A DNA stretch of 63,690 bases, filler included, from Octopus bimaculoides (lineage: Eukaryota), in assembly GCF_001194135.2 (NCBI RefSeq). It is 4 parts of 4 records of this genome, joined end to end, with 100 filler letters (N's around TTAATTAATTAA, not from the genome) between each part and the next. Parts side by side here need not be neighbours in the genome. Positions count along the whole stretch, not along the records: positions 50,898 to 59,391 come from NC_068988.1; positions 59,492 to 63,690 come from NC_068993.1; 2 more parts are not named here. One strand, given 5' to 3'. The notes under the pieces were generated by a model. That model was given only the letters and a program-made list of their open reading frames with translations. It had not been told where the DNA came from and ran no database searches. Numbering within the stretch: position 1 is the first letter of the stretch; every line of letters begins with the position of its first letter. The translations under genes and the position numbers were made by a program. Of the stretch, positions 56,780 to 63,690 are shown piece by piece.

Positions 56780-59017
56780 TGTGTGTGTGTGTGTCTGTGT
56801 ATGTATGTATACATACATACATACATACATACTTATATGCATGTGCGTTTGTGATAAGAAATGTTGCGAACTTGGCTTAAGTACTTCAGCATATTCTAAT
56901 AACAATGTTGTTTATGTAGCCCTTATTATTCCGTTGTAGACTCTCGAAGGAAACCTGTTTTGTACATGTTACTATACATTTTAGACAGCCAGATGTAGAA
57001 GTAGATGTAACTTCGAGGTGTGTGTATCAAAGGGCTATAGCTGTGGGTACACTAGAATTAAATTTTTAATAATATACAAGAAAAAGTAAAATGAAAGATG
57101 TTTTAAGGGATTTGGTTTTATGACCACAAGCAAAAACCAGAAATATGTTCGACAAAAACAAAGGATATGGTTGAAAAATAAAACGTACTACAAAGTTTGT
57201 ATAGGCGATGCGACCTATGTGAAAGAGGTACAGTGATCAATAGTTCCTTCCACCGACCACACCCGATATAACCTAAATATCTTAAAATGAAAAGAATTTA
57301 ATTAGATCTCTTAAACATATTTTCGAATTCAAGGAAATTGCTTAAACTTTTAATTAGCTGCATCTCTGAAAGTCAAATATTATGGGTTNNNNNNNNNNNN
57401 NNNNNNNNNNNNNNNNNNNNNNNNNNNNNNNNNNNNNNNNNNNNNNNNNNNNNNNNNNNNNNNNNNNNNNNNNNNNNNNNNNNNNNNNNNNNNNNNNNNN
57501 NNNNNNNNNNNNNNNNNNNNNNNNNNNNNNNNNNNNNNNNNNNNNNNNNNNNNNNNNNNNNNNNNNNNNNNNNNNNNNNNNNNNNNNNNNNNNNNNNNNN
57601 NNNNNNNNNNNNNNNNNNNNNNNNNNNNNNNNNNNNNNNNNNNNNNNNNNNNNNNNNNNNNNNNNNNNNNNNNNNNNNNNNNNNNNNNNNNNNNNNNNNN
57701 NNNNNNNNNNNNNNNNNNNNNNNNNNNNNNNNNNNNNNNNNNNNNNNNNNNNNNNNNNNNNNNNNNNNNNNNNNNNNNNNNNNNNNNNNNNNNNNNNNNN
57801 NNNNNNNNNNNNNNTATATATGTATATATATATGTAGACACGTACATACATACATAAAAGCATACATATTTAAATTACAATTTTAGTGGATCGTTTTTAT
57901 TCAATATTATATAAACGAAATGCAATACAATGGAAATAAAATTTTAAAGAAATTTTTCTTAATCAGATATTTAATTCCGGTAGGTAATGGGTTTTTAAAA
58001 TATTGTTAATTATTATATGTTTGCACATCCCGGAAATGCACGAGGGGGAGAAAAAGAGTGAGGGGGAGAGGGAGCGTCCAGGATTGTGAGAGTAATAGGG
58101 AGAGGAAATGAGAGGGAAGTGGAGCACAGTGTGCTATAAGGAACCAGCAATTTCCGTGTAAATATCATTATTGAGAACATTTGCGAAAATCATATCCGTT
58201 TCCGTATCTTGCTTGTTTATCTGTGTTTAATGGTGTGTGCATTCATACGCTTCCTGTTTAATTTTTTTCTCAGTAGAGATAAAACACAAGATGTTTAGGA
58301 AAGACAAGCATTATGGAAAGGATTGAAGCGAAATAGATTTTCGTGGATTCATAATATATTAAACGCGATAAATTGACGCTGCAACATCAGGAGATTTTTG
58401 TTGTTGTCTCGCCCCAGGACAGCTCTGATCGTGTAGATTTTTGATTAATGTTGCTGCTTTCATGATTATACCTTTGTGATTGTTCAGTCATAGAGCATCT
58501 AGGACTACAACATCCGATGTATTTCTCTCTATTTTAGACGTTAGATTTGTTTTTGAGGGAGATTTGGCTTCGATTTCTAATATTTTCATTAATGACTTCC
58601 AGACGTCTTCAATTGCTGGGTTAGCTTCTACCACTCTCCCGGAATAGCATGTAATACAGTATATTGATTGCTTGATATTTAATGTTTAATATATGTAATA
58701 TGTTACTGTATCATGTTCTGCCAGTCTTTTGATTAAACCAAGAAAACTAAATTCTCATGTCTTTTTTTCCATTGCTCAAATTCCGTCGGTAGACTTTTGC
58801 AGTTTTTTTTTCTCTAGAGTCATGCTTAAAGATAGTTACTGAATATCATGAATAATTAGCATATGGTACACGGTTTCGATAACAAATGATGATGCATGTG
58901 TGTTGTTGGGAAGTGGGGTGTATTAAGAACTTGCAAGGATGAATCAGCAAAGTAATAACATCTCGTCGCTTCATAATAGATTGTTACTTCAACAGTTTTA
59001 TATATATATATATATAT

Positions 59018-59116
59018 AAGGTACGGCAATATATATATAAGGTACTGCAATATATATATAAGGTACTGCAATATATATATAATGTACTGCAATATATATA
59101 TATAAGGTACTGCAAT
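59018..59116 (+). repeat. Minisatellite: five copies of AGGTAC(T/G)GCAAT separated by (AT)n
   Basis: Directly visible; the last copy is in frame with the LINE fragment. Confidence 0.9.
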
Positions 59117-59391
59117 CCCAGAACCACAAACAGTAAGAGATCTGGACATCAACATGTGTAGTGATGCATCATTTCACATGCACATTGTCAAGTTGACAGC
59201 AAAGTGCAGACAACTGGCAGGGTGGATACTGAGGACTTTCCGTACAAGGGATCAAAAAGTCATGTTGATTCTATGGAAGACATTTGTTCTGAGCCGCCTA
59301 GACTATTGCTCTCAGTTGTGGTCACCACACAGTGTTAAGCGGACAGCAGAACTCGAGGCAATTCAGCGGCACTATACAAAAACGATCGCCA
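59105..59391 (+). mobile_element. CR1/L2-like LINE RT C-terminal fragment running into a gap
   Basis: GTAIPEPQTVRDLDINM...GWILRTFRTRD...LSRLDYCSQLWSP...LEAIQRHYTK. Confidence 0.88.
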
Positions 59392-59491
59392 NNNNNNNNN
59401 NNNNNNNNNNNNNNNNNNNNNNNNNNNNNNNNNNNTTAATTAATTAANNNNNNNNNNNNNNNNNNNNNNNNNNNNNNNNNNNNNNNNNNNN

Positions 59492-59525
<34 letters not shown>

Positions 59526-60724
59526 ATATATACATTACTTGCTACAGAAGTCCCAAGCTCAGAAATGTTGAAGATTCCCGCTGTCACAGAATGTAAATTA
59601 AAACAGCATCTTGCTATTTCGTCTATTCACATTTGTCAGCAGAAATGAAATGTTGAAAATGGTCCATGACAGTATCTTAAACACTCTGAGAGTATATGAA
59701 ATAACAGTGTCTATGACCTATATTGTATAATAATCTATAACTGTATCTGAAATATTGATTGCGTAGAACTGTTTGTGAAAGGTAAATTACTCTGCAAATG
59801 CTACTTAAATATATTAGATTTGCTTTTGATTAAAACATGCAACTGATGACGAGCTGAGTTAGTTATATAAGCCAGGCAAAGGCAGCTCTACCGATGTAAG
59901 AAGCATAAATGTTGAACATATGGTGCGATAACTTTAAAAATCAGTATTTGAAAGGAGACAGGCAAGCAGATGTACCTATAGTATAGAAATGGCATTCTAG
60001 CTATTAATGTAGCACGCAGAAACTGTTAAATTTAGTTTTAAATTTAACCTTATTTCATAAGGGTTCGATATTTTCGTCACACAACTGCAGTGAAACTGTC
60101 AGGGAGTAGATCACAGTGATGCAACAATACTTCTGGCAATTTCGTGAAATACATTCGGATTTAAGGTGAATTTAACAGCTTATTTATATTATTAAACATT
60201 TAAAATGGTTCTTTATATGGTGTAGTCGATATACTTTCAACAACATAGCATCTGAGGTTAAATCACTTGTTTGCTAAACCTAACTCCCGAGTAATCATAA
60301 GTCTTTTCTAAAATCTTAGTTTTAGAAATCATCCAATCAACTGCTATGAATCGAAGATATTCTTAAAGAAGTCAGTCCTTGCGAGAGGAAATTCTTATTT
60401 AAAATTATCCAACGTTATATTCGGTTATAGGGAACACGCAGAAAACAGTGACATTGATGTATGCTTGAGTATAAGCGAGTGACCTGGTGTTCAGGGTGTT
60501 GCATTCACAATAGCAAGGCCGTTGTTTCGGTATCCAGTCCGGACGACACGTTGTGTTCTTGAATAAAACATTTCATTCTACGTTGTTTCAGTCCACTCAG
60601 CTATAATTGAATAACTCTATAATTGAATAACTCTACAATGGACTGGCATCCCGTTCAGGGAGAATGTTTTGAACTCGGAACCGAGATCCTAGGAGTATAG
60701 ACGTTAAAGCCCAGGGTTTGATGT

Positions 60725-60780
<56 letters not shown>

Positions 60781-60787
60781 ATGACGC

Positions 60788-60852
<65 letters not shown>

Positions 60853-62629
60853 TATACGTGTACAAAGATCTCATGTCAGCTGAGAGGAAGCATTGAACTA
60901 GTTTGATTTTCACAAAACGCTTTTGGGAGAAGGTAAAGTTTAGAATGGAGAGACATGAGGACTTGTATGTGGACAGATGCACTCAGATGAGGGCAATGGT
61001 AAGAGAATGCAGTTCCATCCAAGACATTGTCACCATAAACGGTACTAGAGCAAGGTATCTGAGATGGTTAGTGGAGGGTAGAGAATCCAGATAAGTGAAT
61101 TTGAACGGCTTTTGCACGAAAAAGTATCAACAAAATTGCAGCAGCAAAAGCAAGCCATTCAGTCAATACAGAATCATCTGAGACATGAATAAATTAAAAC
61201 TGATGCCAAGCGTTAAACTTTTTGGTACTCATTGGTGATGGTGATAGTAAAGAAAGTCAACCATTCTTTCTCGCAAAATGCGAAGAAATAAGAATAAAGG
61301 AGTGCTCTATTTTTAGCGCATAAACAGGACACAGACTAAGAGTAGCGACAATTAACCGAAGCTGTCACTCTAGCATAAAGTAAATCGATCGCAAATAGTA
61401 ATTCGCGAAGAATAACAGACGGAAATATCTTAAAGAAGCAACTCAGGTTTCAAGGTAAAGCAGAAAGAAGAGCTTTTTGCAAAAGAGACCGATAGAATAA
61501 GTACTAGGCTTACAAAGAATAAGTCCTGGGTCGATTAGCTCGACTAAAGGCGGTGCTCCAGCATGGCCACAGTCAAATGACTGAAACAAGTAAAAGAGTA
61601 AAAGAGTATATTTCTTCTTTATTTTCCCTTTATTTCCTCTTTTTTCCGATTCTTTTTCAGTCTATTTATCTTATATGGTATCATTATGAATGATCAGTGA
61701 GGCGAATACATCCTGACCTAAATAAGGTATGTCTCTACTCCTAAGGATATTAAATATTCTATTTCCTTAAATTATAAAAAGGTTATTTTAAGTTTAAATG
61801 ATACCAGAAGTATAATCGTATTCTATTTCAAAGCAATCACTGTTGTCATGCACCCTAGGATTTTTGTGATCCCGCTCCTAGTATATGCTTTCAGAAGGTG
61901 TAACACTTGAGCACTCCGTTCGCTTCACCCACACGCATGGGTAAAAACTTGAACAGAGCTGCATAAAAATGTCTACCTTGGATGAATACGTATTGCAGTG
62001 AACTAACAAAATGCAACTAAATGCTACATCAAAAGACATTACGACATCTATCCAACAGAAACACGTGTCGGATTGCAATTTGATGTGTATAATACTGTAA
62101 TAAACAAATTTTGAAGATATATAATTCTCCATTCTTCTTTATGGTTCTTTTTATGGATGTTTACACACACACACACAAACGCACACACACACACTCTCTC
62201 TCTCTCTCACACATACACACACGAACGCACGCGCACATACACACACATATCATTGAAGCTATGGTATGATCTGAATGTTAAGTCACAGACTAGTAGCTTA
62301 AAGAGGAATTCAGATATCTGAAATGTACGAAGCATAATTGTTTCAAAGGAATTTTTGTCATTTCCTTCTTTACTACAAACAAAGCCACAGCTTCACTGAA
62401 GTATGGTCGTGTGAAGTGTTTGCGCCAAAGACGTTTGTAGAATTGGGGACGTACACACACGAATACATGCACACACACATGCACTCTCTAGGCAAGCATG
62501 CACTCACATATTACAAACCATTTTGAAACAGATTTATTATATGAATGGGTTTTTGAGACAAATGACAAAGGAATATTCTTTTTTCTTTATTAGAATCGTT
62601 AGAGCGTCCAATAAAATGTCATGCGTTAT

Positions 62630-63690
62630 ATAGTCAATGTTGTTTACGTTCTGAGTTAAAATCCCGTTGAGGCCAACATTGCATTTTATTATTTCGGTGT
62701 TCGTACAATAGATTTTCTGTCAAGATCTGAGTCGATCTGATTCACTTAGCACCTTCCCCCAAATGTCAGGCCTTTATCGACTGGGCAAAGCAATTATATT
62801 CCTTTCTCTTTACATTCTGAGTTCAAATTCCACCAATGTCAACTTTGCCTTTGATTCCCCTGACCTCGACATAATATAATACCAGTCATGTACTGGGGTC
62901 GAGTTAATCGACTCTCCTCATCCCGCAAATTTCTGGTTTTGGGCCCCTATGGTTGACACAGTTACTTTATTTTATTTATTTATTTATTTTTACTTGTTTC
63001 AGTCATTTGACTCCCCTAAAGTTTTTAAGCCTAGTATTTATTTTGTTCGTTGCGTTGGGTGATACCAACATCGATTATCAAGCGGTGGTGAGGGGAAAAA
63101 ATCACAGACAGAAATACACGCACATCGATCTATACACAACAGGTTTATTTCTGCTTTTGTCTACCAAATCCACTAACAAGGCTTCGGTCGGCCCGAGGCT
63201 ATAGTAGAAGATACTTGCCCAAAGTGCTACGCAGCGGGACTGAACTAGGAACCATGTTGTTGAGAAGTTAATTTCTTCTCATACACCCACGCCACTCTTT
63301 AGGTTTTGGGTTCAAATACTGCCGAGGTCAAACTTGCCTTTTATCCTTCCAGAATCGACAAAATAAAATACCAGTCAACCACTGGGTCGACATAATCGAA
63401 TTTTCACCCTCCTCAAAACTTCAGACATTGTATTTATATCAGGAACACTTTTTTTTTTTACTTTAATTGTTTTTTGTTTTTCTTGTTTTTATGTTCTGTT
63501 TTAATACTTCTTTGGTCAGCTTAGCACCTTTCCTCAAAACAGACATGTTTCGTTTTCTTTACCTTCTGAGTTCAAATCCCGCCAATATCAACTTTGTCTT
63601 TCATTCCTCTGACGTCGATAAAATAAAATACCTTACCCTTCACTCTTCCAGAATCGACAAAATAAAGTGCAACAGTCAGCCACTGGGGTC
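62630..63690 (+). mobile_element. Cluster of four degraded SINE B copies plus a minus-strand SINE A
   Basis: Repeated CTGAGTT(C/A)AAAT.CC...AACTTTG.CTTT at ~62650, 62815, 63305, 63565. Confidence 0.75.

Noticed and set aside
58125-58145. GTGCTATAAGG TATA-like motif after a purine-rich tract
   Set aside because: A short motif is expected by chance in AT-rich DNA; no associated first exon or other support
59843-59890. CTGATGA followed by GAGCTG...CAGCTC stem
   Set aside because: No GAAA after the stem and no helix I/III; not a hammerhead
61872-61910. PLLVYAFRR resembling a TM7 NPxxY motif
   Set aside because: No Asn, an in-frame stop follows four codons later, and there is no TM6 upstream or exon context

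Overview
AT-rich, microsatellite-dense eukaryotic genomic DNA from a gapped draft scaffold, most likely an octopus. The species call rests on recalled cephalopod SINE families and was not verified by search. The only host coding sequence I can support is one internal exon (24662-25083, + strand) of a class A, peptide-receptor-like GPCR spanning TM3 to TM5/ICL3. Its other exons are not visible, so most of the window is probably intron. The rest consists of several tRNA-headed SINE families, decayed LINE pieces (RTE-like, CR1/L2-like, R4/Dong-like), Tc1/mariner and hAT relics, simple repeats and assembly gaps. Almost all ORF-track entries are microsatellite or N-gap artefacts. The most notable unexplained structure is a set of hammerhead-ribozyme (HHR)-like motifs. 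Three occur as divergently oriented inverted pairs (11.2-11.7, 26.3-26.8 and 46.8-47.0 kb); the first two are the same family and carry tRNA-promoter-like remnants. A fourth is a type I HHR with a long helix I inside a 329-bp retrozyme-like unit (12.9-13.25 kb), which has a permuted homolog at 56.2 kb. All alignments and folds were done by eye.
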